This document shows positions 1 to 13,300 of a stretch of 64,000 nt of DNA, one piece after another. The DNA comes from Paraspadella gotoi. Lineage: Eukaryota > Animalia > Chaetognatha. The notes under the pieces are model-generated. The model was not told where the DNA came from. It saw nothing but the letters and a program-made list of their open reading frames with translations, and made no database searches. The DNA lies in assembly GCA_051294375.1 (NCBI GenBank), contig CM119268.1:19806785-19870784 (forward strand). The letters are read 5' to 3'. Within the stretch, counting starts at the first letter, position 1. Each line of letters opens with the position of its first letter. Both the position numbers and the translations under genes were made by a program.

Positions 1-539
1 TTTTTTGTGTCTCTCTCGCATACATGTCATCATTAAAAGATATGAAAAAAATAAAACGGGTAATTTTTAAAAATATTTACAATAAAAAAATTTTAAAAAA
101 CCCTTGCTTTTTTGTTGAAGAGCAGGTGAAAGTGAAGATCTAGTGGGTGCAGATAAATTTTTTTGATGTTCCTTTGTCTTACAAAAGGCCTCCTGTTTTT
201 TAAAGCCCTCTAGTAGAATAGGGTGAAAATACAAAGAAAATTTAATAGAACTGTTCTTTTGTTTCAGAAAAGATATACTAAAACTAAATTTCATTGCTAT
301 TTTGTTTTAAAAACGCTCTTTTGTTTGTGGAACCATCTGGTTTATTAAGACCAAAACAGGCAAAATTTTGTGTAAAGCGATGCAAGTGAAGATCTAGTGG
401 GTGCAGACAAAAGAGCAAATTTCTATAGAAAGTAAAGGGAAAATGCTCATAGTAGGAAAAGTAAGAGACAAATCCTCGTAGTAGGTAGCAAAAAATAAAT
501 AGATAGTATGGTGGACTAAAATCCACCAACCGTTCATCA

Positions 540-611
540 GCGGCCATTGGTGCCGGAGGCAAGTCATTCGCCTCCCAACCCAAAGGTCCGGGGTTCTAGC
601 CCGGTGGTCGT
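540..611 (+). promoter_or_regulatory. tRNA(Gly)-derived Pol III internal promoter inside TRIM LTR
   Basis: A box TGGTGCCGGAGG (548-559), B box GGTTCTAGCCC (592-602), acceptor-like pairing GCGGCCA/TGGTCGT, TCGCCTCCCA resembling the tRNA-Gly(CCC) anticodon region. Confidence 0.7.
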
Positions 612-613
612 CT

Positions 614-689
614 GGCAGTTAAGAGGGACGGGGCGCTTAACCCGCCTGTAACCTGGTGTTACAGCCTGATCCGAAGCTCAGGGACTGCT
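614..689 (+). ncRNA. Twister ribozyme-like motif (P5-type permutation) in TRIM LTR
   Basis: P5 GGCAGU/ACUGCU; GACGG; UAA; GCC; P3 UGUAAC/GUUACA; P4 CCUGA/UCAGG; loop UCCGAAGC. Confidence 0.75.
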
Positions 690-1139
690 TATATTAAATG
701 GTTCTGTCATTAACACTTATCAATAATTACTGTCTTTTCATTTGTGAGCCCGACTTTCGAACACAACAGCAACAACAACACTTGACACAGACGAGCACCG
801 CCACCTTTTACACCGTCTAATTCTCGTTATGGCTTCGACCTTCTTCTCTCACGATCGCTATCACTACTACGTTGTTTCTGTTTCATTTTATATCAATATT
901 CTTTACTCTCTTATTTCTGTTTTTGATATCAGCCCTTCTATAGTGATGGGTTGAGCATCAATGTCATGAATGCTGAGATCGGATTCTATGAGTGGGTAAT
1001 GAGGTAGTTAAGGTTGATCATTTATGAGCCGAGACAGTATAATAACGTCAGGTTGTTTCGGACAAAATCACGCCTTCAAAATTTTCTATAAATTTTTGTT
1101 TTGAGTCACCGCAAACATTATAAAAATATTTTAATTAAT

Positions 1140-1274
1140 TAATTTAGAGAAAGCAAAGAATTTTGAATTTGTAACAACGATTTTTAATTAATAGTTGGAC
1201 ATGTTTCGGCTTGTTTACTTCAAGCCTTCATTAGCATATGACATTCAATAATAAATTTGGTAAAAAAAGAGTGT

Positions 1275-1309
<35 letters not shown>

Positions 1310-1515
1310 GGTAAAAGTTTTTCCAACAAAGTGGTGAGACAGAATAGTGGTCAGATGTGAGGACAGGTTGAAGGTAAGGGCAGATTGAGTGAGTGGTGAA
1401 AAGAAGTGAAACTTGTTAAAGAGAGAGAGAGAGTGAAAGAGAGAGAGAGAGAAACAAAACAACAGGGATAACAAATAAATGAAGATACATTTTTGCAATG
1501 TACAACAAAGATAAA
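1140..1515 (-). mobile_element. Penelope-like pLTR remnant with degenerate hammerhead (CUAAUGA); duplicated at ~4785-5165
   Basis: Reverse complement CTAATGAAGGCTTG...CAAGCCGAAACATGTC plus (GA)n-containing tail shared with the PLE copies at 43.8-45.3 kb. Confidence 0.7.
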
Positions 1516-3366
1516 GAAGTTTAATTAATTAAATAATTAATGATGGCAACTACGACAATGATAATACCGACGATGACAAATTGATTGATTGCTTAATTTT
1601 TTGATTGATTGATTGAATATTTGATTAATTGATTGAATAATTAATTAACTGATCAGTTCTGGCATTGTTAACACAAACTTGTTTGTTTTTTTGTCTTTTC
1701 ATTATGACAAAAGAAATGATTACCCTGATGATGATTATGATGACAACGAGGATAGCACCATCATGATAGATTGAATGATTGATTGATCAAATAAAATAAA
1801 TTCATATCAGGCCTCTTAATTTTTAGGTCTTTTGTCAGGTCACTGACCAGGACAAAAGCAACAACGACGTTGGAGATGACAATGATAACACTGACATTGT
1901 TTAATTGATTGATTAATTAATTGATTAATTAATTAATTGGTTCTTGTTTTTTTTTCATTTAAACTCATTTCCACTCGAACGATTCTTATAATTTTACAAA
2001 TCTTACAATTTTTCATGGTAAAAATTTCACTTGTTATTTGTTAACAAAAAGATTGTTTAAAATTATTCTACAAATGAATTACATGTCTAAAGAGAGTATT
2101 TTTATAAATAATAACAAATGTAAAATTTTTAAAGGAAGGAAGCGATGTGCACTCGAAACCGAAAGCGATCCGGGCTAAAAAAGTAAGGATTGCACCCGAA
2201 AACGGGAGCGGGAGGGGTCTTGGAAGCGCCGGATTGGCAGCGGCGGAAAAATCGATCGCTTCCACATCTCTGCACAAATGTATCATTTATGCTCTCTCAA
2301 AAACTCACAAACTCAAAAACTCAAACTCAAAAAATAACATCTGTCCTTCATCCTGTCCTCACCTCTGACCACTCACTATTTGTCTCACTATTTTTCCCCC
2401 ATTTGCCTATTTTTTTTTGCCTTTGGCCCCCTCTTTCATTTTCTTCCCTTCTCATTTTCTTGTTTTCTCTTTCCTCTTCCCTCTCACTATGTTTAAGAAA
2501 ATCTTTAATATGCATTATAAGAAAGGATATTAACGGTAACGGAGGTTTTTATTTTAGTTTTGGTTGCCTAGCAAATTTATTAAATCGACAAATTTTGCGG
2601 AAATTTTTCCACAAAATCTGTCGATTTTCAGAAAAAACAAGTCCTGACGCTTTCCATTGGGTTAAAAGGATGCGGTTTTTTTTATCAACGTCAGTAAGTA
2701 CCCATCTTTTAAAACTAATAAATGAGTTGAAAATATTTTCTTTATCATAAATAAATGCAAGTCACAATAAGTCACAAATTAAAAGTTGTTTTTAAAAATT
2801 ATTTGTGGCTAAACAAAAAGAGTTTTTTGATAATTTTGTAGGTGTTTAAAGCTTATTCTGTGGACTATATTTTCTGTTAGTTTAAGCCAATTTAAACTAT
2901 TTTTGTTTAATAAATTATGATAAAAAACTAAAACTGCGACTTTTTGACTTGTCAACTTTAAAATTAATTCATAAGTGAACTATGAATGATATAAAGAAAA
3001 TATTTTACTCAAGGGTGAAGAAGATAAGGAAGAAAATAATTCCAAAATAAAAAAATTTTCTCTAATTTCCTTGGCATTCAAATTTGAAGACGAAAGTGAA
3101 AATGGACAAAAATGGACATTATTTTTTTTCCTAAAAGTTGTAAAAATGTTACTCTTATATGATTAGAAATAGCTGGAGATAGTTTTAACCAATCCGTATT
3201 TTGGCCTAATTTATATTATGGTGCAAATTAAATTAATTTTGTTAATAGTAACTGAACAATACTGGAAAAAGTAGTTTTTTCTCTGAATGCGAGGATCGTA
3301 AGCAGAGGCTATCATATTCATTTTTTTTTTGCTGAATTTTTNNNNNNNNNNNNNNNNNNNNNNNNN

Positions 3367-3570
3367 CTTCAGGCGACATGCCTCAACCTGGCGATGCACT
3401 TTTCCGCCCACAACACATCAGGCGACATGCCTCAACTTGGTGACGACTTTCCACCAACAGCAACAATTCACTGAATAGAACGCAAGACTTCTCCCTACGG
3501 AGGGGGGGATGTATGGTGGACTAAAATCTACCAACCGTTCATCAGCGGCCATTGGTGCTGGAGGCAAGTC
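3367..3570 (+). mobile_element. TRIM family A: internal domain, PPT and truncated 3' LTR, interrupted by a CAGAGATG-ended element
   Basis: CAGGCGACATGCCTCAAC repeats, GGAGGGGGGGATG PPT, then TATGGTGGAC LTR start. Confidence 0.8.
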
Positions 3571-4919
3571 CAGAGATGTGGACGCGATCTGGAAAGCGTA
3601 AGCGAACACTGTGGAAGCGGCCGATTTTTGAAGAACCCGAAACCGGGAGCGATAGAAAAATTAAGAATAAAGGATTGAACCCGGAAGCTATAATAACCCT
3701 GCGTGTTCGCTTCCTGGTTATTTGTTTTTAATAGTTAGAAATGAAAGGTATTTAATGTAATAAAATCTTTGCAACCCCTGCTCTTTCTTGATTGTCTTTT
3801 TAAAATTGTTTTTTCAATATTTATTTTCAACATTTAAAATTGTTTGTTCCTATAATTTTTTATTCACTTTTTCTTATTCTCTTCTTTTATTTTTTGTTTT
3901 CTTTTATTCTCTTTTCCTCTTTGGTCGAGAATCTATGAAAAAAATTACATATTTATTTTTTTAATTATTCTTTTTAATATATTCAAATAAAATCTGAGCT
4001 GAAAAAAGATTTTTTCTATCTGAAAAAAACTGTAATTAAGTTAAATTAAAATTTAAATTAAACTTTTTTAATTCTATAAAACTAAAAATTTTATTTCTTA
4101 TATTTTTATTATTTTTCTTTAAATTTAAGTCTTTTTTTTTAAAATCCATAACGTTTTTCATGTTACAAACAAGTTTAAACCAAAGGATTGATCTGTTTTA
4201 TTGGCAATATTGCATAATATTATGCTTATACATACTTAAATCTCTAACATACTCTCTCTCTCTATCTTCTTTCTTTTTTCCCCTCTTGCACTGACAAAAA
4301 AGCAAATAAAAAAAAAATTATAAAATAAATAAATCAAAAATATTAATAAACAAACAATGCCGGATCTGCCCATGATCATTAGCGGTAATTAATTGATTAA
4401 TTAATTGAAAAAAAATAAATTATTTAATAATTACATATTAATTAATTAAAATAATAACATCGAACATTTGGGAGCTCAAATTGATTTGAACAAAGACGAC
4501 AACGACGATGAATACAATGACGAAAACGACGACGAAGTCTTTGTACTTTGTGAGCCATAGTACAGTAGTGGTCAATAAGAATGACCTGATTTTACCTAAT
4601 CTTGTTATGGCTGACCTTTTTCTCAGCCAATGTAAATACTAGTTGTTATTATTATTTTTATCATTTTTACTTTTTTACTGTTTTGATAATACCAGGTTTT
4701 TTATCACAAAAAAATACGCCTCAAAATTTTCTATAAATTTTTGTTTTGAGTCACCGCAAACATTATAAAAATATTTTAATTAATTAATTTAGAGAAAGCA
4801 AAGAATTTTGAATTTGTAACAACGATTTTTAATTAATAGTTGGACATGTTTCGGCTTGTTTACTTCAAGCCTTCATTAGCATATGACATTCAATAATAAA
4901 TTTGGTAAAAAAAGAGTGT

Positions 4920-4954
<35 letters not shown>

Positions 4955-5919
4955 GGTAAAAGTTTTTCCAACAAAGTGGTGAGACAGAATAGTGGTCAGA
5001 TGTGAGGACAGGTTGAAGGTAAGGGCAGATTGAGTGAGTGGTGAAAAGAAGTGAAACTTGTTAAAGAGAGAGAGAGAGTGAAGAGAGAGAGAGAGAGAAA
5101 CAAAACAACAGGGATAAACAAATAATGAAGATACATTTTTGCAATGTACAACAAAGATAAAGAAGTTTAATTAATTAAATAATTAATGATGGCAACTACG
5201 ACAATGATAATACCGACGATGACAAATTGATTGATTGCTTAATTTTTTGATTGATTGATTGAATATTTGATTAATTGATTGAATAATTAATTAACTGATC
5301 AGTTCTGGCATTGTTAACACAAAACTTGTTTGTTTTTTTGTCTTTTCATTATGACAAAAGAAATGATTACCCTGATGATGATTATGATGACAACGAGGAT
5401 AGCACCATCATGATAGATTGAATGATTGATTGATCAAATAAAATAAATTCATATCAGGCCTCTTAATTTTTAGGTCTTTTGTCAGGTCACTGACCAGGAC
5501 AAAAGCAACAACGACGTTGGAGATGACAATGATAACACTGACATTGTTTAATTGATTGATTAATTAATTGATTAATTAATTAATTGGTTCTTGTTTTTTT
5601 TTTCATTTAAACTCATTTCCACTCGAACGATTCTTATAATTTTACAAATCTTACAATTTTTCATGGTAAAAATTTCACTTGTTATTTGTTAACAAAAAGA
5701 TTGTTTAAAATTATTCTACAAATGAATTACATGTCTAAAGAGAGTATTTTATAAATAATAACAAATGTAAAATTTTTAAAGGAAGGAAGCGATGTGCACT
5801 CGAAACCGAAAGCGATCCGGGCTAAAAAAGTAAGGATTGCACCCGAAAACGGGAGCGGGAGGGGTCTTGGAAGCGCCGGATTGGCAGCGGCGGAAAAATC
5901 GATCGCTTCCACATCTCTG
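3571..5919. mobile_element. Putative hAT-like non-autonomous element with CAGAGATGTGGA termini (same terminus at ~2273, ~60455, ~61347)
   Basis: CAGAGATGTGGA at 3571 and TCCACATCTCTG ending 5919; no matching TSD seen. Confidence 0.35.
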
Positions 5920-7132
5920 CACAAATGTATCATTTATGCTCTCTCAAAAACTCACAAACTCAAAAACTCAAACTCAAAAAATAACATCTGTCCTTCATCC
6001 TGTCCTCACCTCTGACCACTCACTATTTGTCTCACTATTTTTCCCCCATTTGCCTATTTTTTTTTGCCTTTGGCCCCCTCTTTCATTTTCTTCCCTTCTC
6101 ATTTTCTTGTTTTCTCTTTCCTCTTCCCTCTCACTATGTTTAAGAAAATCTTTAATATGCATTATAGAAGGATATTAACGGTAACGGAGGTTTTTATTTT
6201 AGTTTTGGTTGCCTAGCAAATTTATTAAATCGACAAATTTTGCGGAAATTTTTCCACAAAATCTGTCGATTTTCAGAAAAAACAAGTCCTGACGCTTTCC
6301 ATTGGGTTAAAAGGATGCGGTTTTTTTTATCAACGTCAGTAAGTACCCCATCTTTTAAAACTAATAAATGAGTTGAAAATATTTTCTTTATCATAAATAA
6401 ATGCAAGTCACAATAAGTCACAAATTAAAAGTTGTTTTTAAAAATTATTTGTGGCTAAACAAAAAGAGTTTTTTTGATAATTTTGTAGGTGTTTAAAGCT
6501 TATTCTGTGGACTATATTTTCTGTTAGTTTAAGCCAATTTAAACTATTTTTGTTTAATAAATTATGATAAAAACTAAAACTGCGACTTTTTGACTTGTCA
6601 ACTTTAAAATTAATTCATAAGTGAACTATGAATGATATAAAGAAAATATTTTACTCAAGGGTGAAGAAGATAAGGAAGAAAATAATTCCAAAATAAAAAA
6701 ATTTTCTCTAATTCCTTGGCATTCAAATTTGAAGACGAAAGTGAAAATGGACAAAAATGGACATTATTTTTTTTCCTAAAAGTTGTAAAAATGTTACTCT
6801 TATATGATTAGAAATAGCTGGAGATAGTTTTAACCAATCCGTATTTTGGCCTAATTTATATTATGGTGCAAATTAAATTAATTTTGTTAATAGTAACTGA
6901 ACAATACTGGAAAAAGTAGTTTTTTCTCTGAATGCGAGGATCGTAAGCAGAGGCTATCATATTCATTTTTTTTTTGCTGAATTTTTTTAACTTGCATCAT
7001 TTTTTTCAAATTGCATCATTTTTTCACGTAATTAATTAACTAATTAAAGTATTCATAAGTATGCATAAATAATAAAAATTCAAATCAACTTGACTTTGGT
7101 TTTTTCCATACAAACTCCTCGATTCCATGGAA

Positions 7133-7322
7133 AATTTATATTGCGCTCTAAGGCGATAAGTGGGCTGAAGATGACTATCCGCAACTTCTTTAACCCCTCC
7201 AGCAGCCATGGAACGAGTCCTGGGTTTGAAGGTTTTCCACGAACCGAAGTTGGTTTACGGCCATCCGCACGTTAGGTACTGGGTTGGGATTGAACCCACT
7301 TTAATCAATGAGCCACCGGGTC
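7133..7322 (-). mobile_element. tRNA-derived SINE-like element (duplicate ~10132-10321)
   Basis: Minus strand GGTGGCTCATTGATTAAAG (A-box-like), GTGGGTTCAATCCC (B box), 3' tail GCGCAATATAAAT reminiscent of L2-type tails. Confidence 0.45.
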
Positions 7323-7448
7323 AGTGGGTCACGACTGAAGGTGTAATGCTTATAGGCAGGGTGAACTTATGCTGTGCCCGACTACAGCTCAATCACACAC
7401 AAAATATAATGTCAATCTATCCATCCAATTATGATTAATTCGAGTAAG

Positions 7449-8047
7449 TATGGTAGCCATAGCCGATGAAATTTAAATGCTAATGTATACAGCGTTAAAA
7501 TAATCTATCATGACCATAGATTATGGTATTAAAATATTTTTTGTCAAAAATGCTTTCTTCTGAGGGTACTCGCCTAATTAAAAATATTATATTACTATAT
7601 AGAGCAAAAAATATTTTTTTAAAATCTTAAAATTTTTTGATGGATTCTGATAGAGCATAAAAAGTTAAACAAAAAATATAATTACAGCTTTTAAAAAATT
7701 CTTACGTTTCTAAGTGAAAATAAAGAAAACTGATAAAATCATCGAAAGATGATGATGATGATGATTTTTTACAGTTTTTCTTATTTTTGACACACTTATC
7801 GTAAAAATATTTAAAAAAAGAATCATACTTTGTGTAGACAACTTTTTATGAGCTATCTGAATATGGTCTTAAATTAAAAAAATCAAAAAAAAATGTTTTG
7901 ACCTTTTTTATCAATAAATAAATATTAAAAAATTAATTATTAGGGTATAGAGCCATATTAGAAATTTTTTGTCCATTGAAAGTATTCTTAAAAATGTCTA
8001 AATATTCGTTTGAGCATGTACTCTCTCTAAATTTTTGACTCACCCCA
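7449..8047. mobile_element. hAT-type MITE (duplicate ~10448-11046)
   Basis: Interrupts a host repeat (uninterrupted form at ~54931-54960) with approximate TSD TCGAGTAA/TTGAGTAA; right end reverse complement TGGGGTGAGTC. Confidence 0.5.
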
Positions 8048-8114
8048 TTGAGTAATTATGGGTTAAAATTATTAACAAAGTTTGATTTTATTTTTGCAAC
8101 GAATTTTATTGTTA

Positions 8115-8752
8115 TGAAGAGACAGTAATTATTGTTAAGAGTTAGTGATAGAACCGTTCAATATAAGCAGTCGCTGAGCTTCGGATCAGGCTGTAACACC
8201 ATGTTACAGGCGGGTTAAGCGCCCCGTCCCTCTTAACTGCCAGACGACCACCGGGCTAGAACCCCGGACCTTTGGGTTGGGAGGCGAATGACTTGCCTCC
8301 GGCACCAATGGCCACTGATGAACGGTTGGTGGATTTTAGTCCACCATACATCCCCCCTCCTGTAGGGAGAAGTCTGTTGCGTCTCTTCTGTGAATTGTTG
8401 TTGTTGGTGGAAAGTTCGTCACCAAGTTGAGGCATGTCGCCTGATGTGTTGTGGGCGGAAAGTACATCGCCAGGTTGAGGCATGTCGCCTGAAAGTGTTG
8501 TTGTTGCTGTTGTGTTCGGAAGTCGGGCTCACCAATGAAGAGACGGTAATTATTGTTATGAGTTAGTGATAGAACCGTTCATATAAGCAGTCCCTGAGCT
8601 TCGGATCAGGCTGTAACACCATGTTACAGGCGGGTTAAGCGCCCCGTCCCTCTTAACTGCCAGACGACCACCGGGCTAGAACCCCGGACCTTTGGGTTGG
8701 GAGGCGAATGACTTGCCGCTGATGAACGGTTGGTGGATTTTAGTCCACCATA
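8115..8752 (-). mobile_element. Complete TRIM family A copy (LTRs 8536-8752 and 8115-8348; 4-bp TSD GTTA); 5' LTR has a short deletion removing the A box
   Basis: GTTA at 8111-8114 and 8753-8756; PBS TGGTGAGCCCGAC; PPT GGAGGGGGGATG; twister motifs at 8166-8241 and 8586-8661. Confidence 0.92.
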
Positions 8753-8756
8753 GTTA

Positions 8757-8850
8757 CAAGAGCAGACATGTTTCGCCTCACAGTACGAGCCTTCATCAGC
8801 GCATGATGAAGGCTCGTACTGTGAGCCGAAACATGTCTGCTTTTGTAACA
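8757..8850. ncRNA. Inverted pair of Penelope-type minimal hammerhead ribozymes (duplicate ~11754-11847)
   Basis: Minus: CTGATGAAGGCTCGTACTGTGAGGCGAAACATGTC; plus: ATGATGAAGGCTCGTACTGTGAGCCGAAACATGTC. Confidence 0.75.
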
Positions 8851-8922
8851 ATAAAATTCGTTGCAAAAATAAAATCAAACTTTGTTAATCTCTCAAACAA
8901 CGAAAAAAGAAAGGATAATTAC

Positions 8923-9510
8923 TAAAGCGGGTCAAAATTGAACACTTTTTATAACTTCTAATTCTCTCAAAAATTTTTTTCCCTTCTATTACTAAATCGA
9001 TTTTCAATGCAACTTTTTGAATTAGTTCATTGGGTTGTTGCACTGAAGCTTTTAAATATTTATTAATATGTAACAAATGACACAAATTTTTTTTAAAAAA
9101 ATTATTTTTTAAGAACGGATTCCTATAGAGCTTGAAAAGTTAAATGAAAGTTAGTATTCCATTTTTTTTAAATTTTGACAAGAAATTGGTTAAAACAAAA
9201 AAACGTTAAAAAATCATCATCATCATCATTATTGGCTAAATTTTGTTTTGTTTTAATTTTTATCAATAAAACAAAAAAAATTTATATTTAATTTTTAACC
9301 TTTATCTAACTTTTAAAGCTCTATCAAAAAAAAATTGAAAAAATTGAAAAAAATTTTTAACTTTATATAGTAATAAAATAATCTTTAAAGGCTTCCGTGC
9401 GCTTATTAATAAGATATTTTTTAAAATTATTTTTATTTTCATATTCTCTAACAGTCACTTTACCATTATTTATTTGAGAGAACTTCTGGTTTTCAACCTG
9501 TTCCGGCCTT
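8923..9510 (+). mobile_element. hAT-type MITE with 8-bp TSD ATAATTAC (duplicate 11920-12510)
   Basis: TSD at 8915-8922 and 9511-9518; termini TAAAGCGGG...CCGGCCTT; same family at 18724-19310. Confidence 0.8.
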
Positions 9511-11113
9511 ATAATTACCATGGGTTAAAACTAGTAAAAAGATTAAAATTAATGTGACTTATGTTTTTTTCATAGAGTTTAATGCTAAGGGGGACGTCGT
9601 TTTTTATCTCGCCAGATGGCTTAAGCCGTCTTGGTTAGATTTTGGATCGCTTTAGATTCTTTGTGACGTCGTCGTTGTCGTTGTCGGTGTTGTCAGCATC
9701 GGCGTCAAGTTTTTTTCATATATAGTTTTGACTGGGGCTTACAATTTTTTTTAAATAAAAACTACAACGAATTACGATGTATTTTTATAAAAGTGTGTGA
9801 TCACAGTAAGTTAAATATTTAGATATGGATTTTCATCTTTAAGATCTTTACAATTGTTATGTTTCATATGGAATCAAGTATTTTTGTTTGAATTTTTTTT
9901 CATTATGATTTACTGCAAATATGCAAATTATTTTCTATAAATATGCAGGTTAGTATATAGAATACTATATTTTAATTTGCATAGAATTAACTTGCATCAT
10001 TTTTTCAAATTGCATCATTTTTTCACGTAATTAATTAACTAATTAAAGTATTCATAAGTATGCATAAATAATAAAAATTCAAATCAACTTGACTTTGGTT
10101 TTTTCCATACAAACTCCTCGATTCCATGGAAAATTTATATTGCGCTCTAAGGCGATAAGTGGGCTGAAGATGACTATCCGCAACTTCTTTAACCCCTCCA
10201 GCAGCCATGGAACGAGTCCTGGGTTTGAAGGTTTTCCACGAACCGAAGTTGGTTTACGGCCATCCGCACGTTAGGTACTGGGTTGGGATTGAACCCACTT
10301 TAATCAATGAGCCACCGGGTCAGTGGGTCACGACTGAAGGTGTAATGCTTATAGGCAGGGTGAACTTATGCTGTGCCCGACTACAGCTCAATCACACACA
10401 AAATATAATGTCAATCTATCCATCCAATTATGATTAATTCGAGTAAGTATGGTAGCCATAGCCGATGAAATTTAAATGCTAATGTATACAGCGTTAAAAT
10501 AATCTATCATGACCATAGATTATGGTATTAAAATATTTTTTGTCAAAAATGCTTTCTTCTGAGGGTACTCGCCTAATTAAAAATATTATATTACTATATA
10601 GAGCAAAAAATATTTTTTTAAAATCTTAAAATTTTTTGATGGATTCTGATAGAGCATAAAAAGTTAAACAAAAAATATAATTACAGCTTTTAAAAATTCT
10701 TACGTTTTCTAAGTGAAAATAAAGAAAAACTGATAAAATCATCGAAAGATGATGATGATGATGATTTTTTACAGTTTTTCTTATTTTTGACACACTTATC
10801 GTAAAAATATTTAAAAAAGAATCATACTTTGTGTAGACAACTTTTTATGAGCTATCTGAATATGGTCTTAAAATTAAAAAAATCAAAAAAAATGTTTTGA
10901 CCTTTTTTATCAATAAATAAATATTAAAAAATTAATTATTAGGGTATAGAGCCATATTAGAAATTTTTTGTCCATTGAAAGTATTCTTAAAAATGTCTAA
11001 ATATTCGTTTGAGCATGTACTCTCTCTAAATTTTTGACTCACCCCATTGAGTAATTATGGGTTAAAATTATTAACAAAGTTTGATTTTATTTTTGCAACG
11101 AATTTTATTGTTA

Positions 11114-11749
11114 TGAAGAGACAGTAATTATTGTTAAGAGTTAGTGATAGAACCGTTCAATATAAGCAGTCGCTGAGCTTCGGATCAGGCTGTAACACCA
11201 TGTTACAGGCGGGTTAAGCGCCCCGTCCCTCTTAACTGCCAGACGACCACCGGGCTAGAACCCCGGACCTTTGGGTTGGGAGGCGAATGACTTGCCTCCG
11301 GCACCAATGGCCACTGATGAACGGTTGGTGGATTTTAGTCCACCATACATCCCCCCTCCTGTAGGGAGAAGTCTGTTGCGTCTCTTCTGTGAATTGTTGT
11401 TGTTGGTGGAAAGTTCGTCACCAAGTTGAGGCATGTCGCCTGATGTGTTGTGGGCGGAAAGTACATCGCCAGGTTGAGGCATGTCGCCTGAAAGTGTTGT
11501 TGTTGCTGTTGTGTTCGGAAGTCGGGCTCACCAATGAAGAGACGGTAATTATTGTTATGAGTTAGTGATAGAACCGTTCATATAAGCAGTCCCTGAGCTT
11601 CGGATCAGGCTGTAACACCATGTTACAGGCGGGTTAAGCGCCCCGTCCCTCTTAACTGCCAGACGACCACGGCTAGAACCCCGGACCTTTGGGTTGGGAG
11701 GCGAATGACTTGCCGCTGATGAACGTTGGATGGATTTTAGTCCACCATA
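11114..11749 (-). mobile_element. Complete TRIM family A copy (duplicate of 8115-8752 within the tandem duplication)
   Basis: Same GTTA TSD, LTRs, PBS and PPT. Confidence 0.9.
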
Positions 11750-13253
11750 GTTACAAGAGCAGACATGTTTCGCCTCACAGTACGAGCCTTCATCAGCGCA
11801 TGATGAAGGCTCGTACTGTGAGCCGAAACATGTCTGCTTTTGTAACAATAAAATTCGTTGCAAAAATAAAATCAAACTTTGTTAATCTCTCAAACAACGA
11901 AAAAAGAAAGGATAATTACTAAAGCGGGTCAAAATTGAACACTTTTTATAACTTCTAATTCTCTCAAAAATTTTTTTCCCTTCTATTACTAAATCGATTT
12001 TCAATGCAACTTTTTGAATTAGTTCATTGGGTTGTTGCACTGAAGCTTTTAAATATTTATTAATATGTAACAAATGACACAAATTTTTTTTAAAAAAATT
12101 ATTTTTTAAGAACGGATTCCTATAGAGCTTGAAAAGTTAAATGAAAGTTAGTATTCCATTTTTTTTAAATTTTGACAAGAAATTGGTTAAAAACAAAAAA
12201 ACGTTAAAAAATCATCATCATCATCATTATTGGCTAAATTTTGTTTTGTTTTAATTTTTATCAATAAAACAAAAAAAAATTTATATTTTAATTTTTAACC
12301 TTTATCTAACTTTTAAAGCTCTATCAAAAAAAATTGAAAAAATTGAAAAAAAATTTTTAACTTTATATAGTAATAAAATAATCTTTAAAGGCTTCCGTGC
12401 GCTTATTAATAAGATATTTTTTAAAATTATTTTTATTTTCATATTCTCTAACAGTCACTTTACCATTATTTATTTGAGAGAACTTCTGGTTTTCAACCTG
12501 TTCCGGCCTTATAATTACCATGGGTTAAAACTAGTAAAAAGATTAAAATTAATGTGACTTATGTTTTTTTCATAGAGTTTAATGCTAAGGGGGACGTCGT
12601 TTTTTATCTCGCCAGATGGGCTTAAGCCCGTCTTGGTTAGATTTTGGATCGCTTTAGATTCTTTGTGACGTCGTCGTTGTCGTTGTCGGTGTTGTCAGCA
12701 TCGGCGTCAAGTTTTTTTCATATATAGTTTTGACTGGGGCTTACAATTTTTTTTAAATAAAAACTACAACGAATTACGATGTATTTTTATAAAAGTGTGT
12801 GATCACAGTAAGTTAAATATTTAGATATGGATTTTCATCTTTAAGATCTTTACAATTGTTATGTTTCATATGGAATCAAGTATTTTTTGTTTGAATTTTT
12901 TTTCATTATGATTTACTGCAATATGCAAATTATTTTCTATAAATATGCAGGTTAGTATATAGAATACTATATTTTAATTTGCATAGAATAATAATTAATC
13001 ATATTGAAGAGAAAATTTAGACAAAAAATATTATCAATATGAAACACGTGATTTTAAATAACTTTTTTGATAAGAAGCAATATCTAAATTTTAATATAAA
13101 TAAAATTACACACTTTTACAACTTCCAACTAAAATAAATTATAATAATTTCTAATTGTAAACAGTTGTAACTTTTTTGTCTTTCTTTTATTTCTTTAAAT
13201 TATATATATTTTTTTAGAGAAAAGTTTGAATGTAGTGGCATAAAGGGTTTTTT

Positions 13254-13300
13254 GCGCTGAAGAAGGTTCGTATTGTGAACCGAAACACGAAACAGTGTCT
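13254..13300 (+). ncRNA. Penelope-type hammerhead ribozyme variant
   Basis: CTGAAGA-AGGTTC-GTATTGT-GAACC-GAAA-CAC...GTGTC. Confidence 0.55.

Larger units (their letters stand above)
507..782 (+). mobile_element. TRIM family A: 5' LTR (507-740), degenerate PBS and start of internal domain; copy broken
   Basis: TATGGTGGAC...CTTTTCA LTR matching the other copies, followed by TTTGTGAGCCCGAC (PBS variant) and internal CAA repeats. Confidence 0.85.
1070..6987. repeat. Near-identical ~2.3-kb direct duplication (~1070-3341 and ~4716-6987) spanning a gap
   Basis: The two copies differ mainly by 1-bp indels; N-gap at 3342-3366. Confidence 0.85.
6988..12988. repeat. Tandem ~3.0-kb duplication (6988-9987 and 9988-12988)
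   Basis: Near-identical copies with the same nested SINE, MITEs and TRIM. Confidence 0.9.

Noticed and set aside
540-611. Functional tRNA-Gly gene
   Set aside because: Anticodon and D arms pair poorly, no T-run terminator, and it is embedded in a multicopy LTR
507-740. Simple tRNA-derived SINE
   Set aside because: Occurs as paired direct repeats with PBS, PPT and 4-bp TSD, so it is an LTR
8256-8483. Recurrent MPQPGD... ORF in TRIM copies as a coded peptide
   Set aside because: Frame not conserved between copies; spans internal repeat and LTR; no recognisable domain
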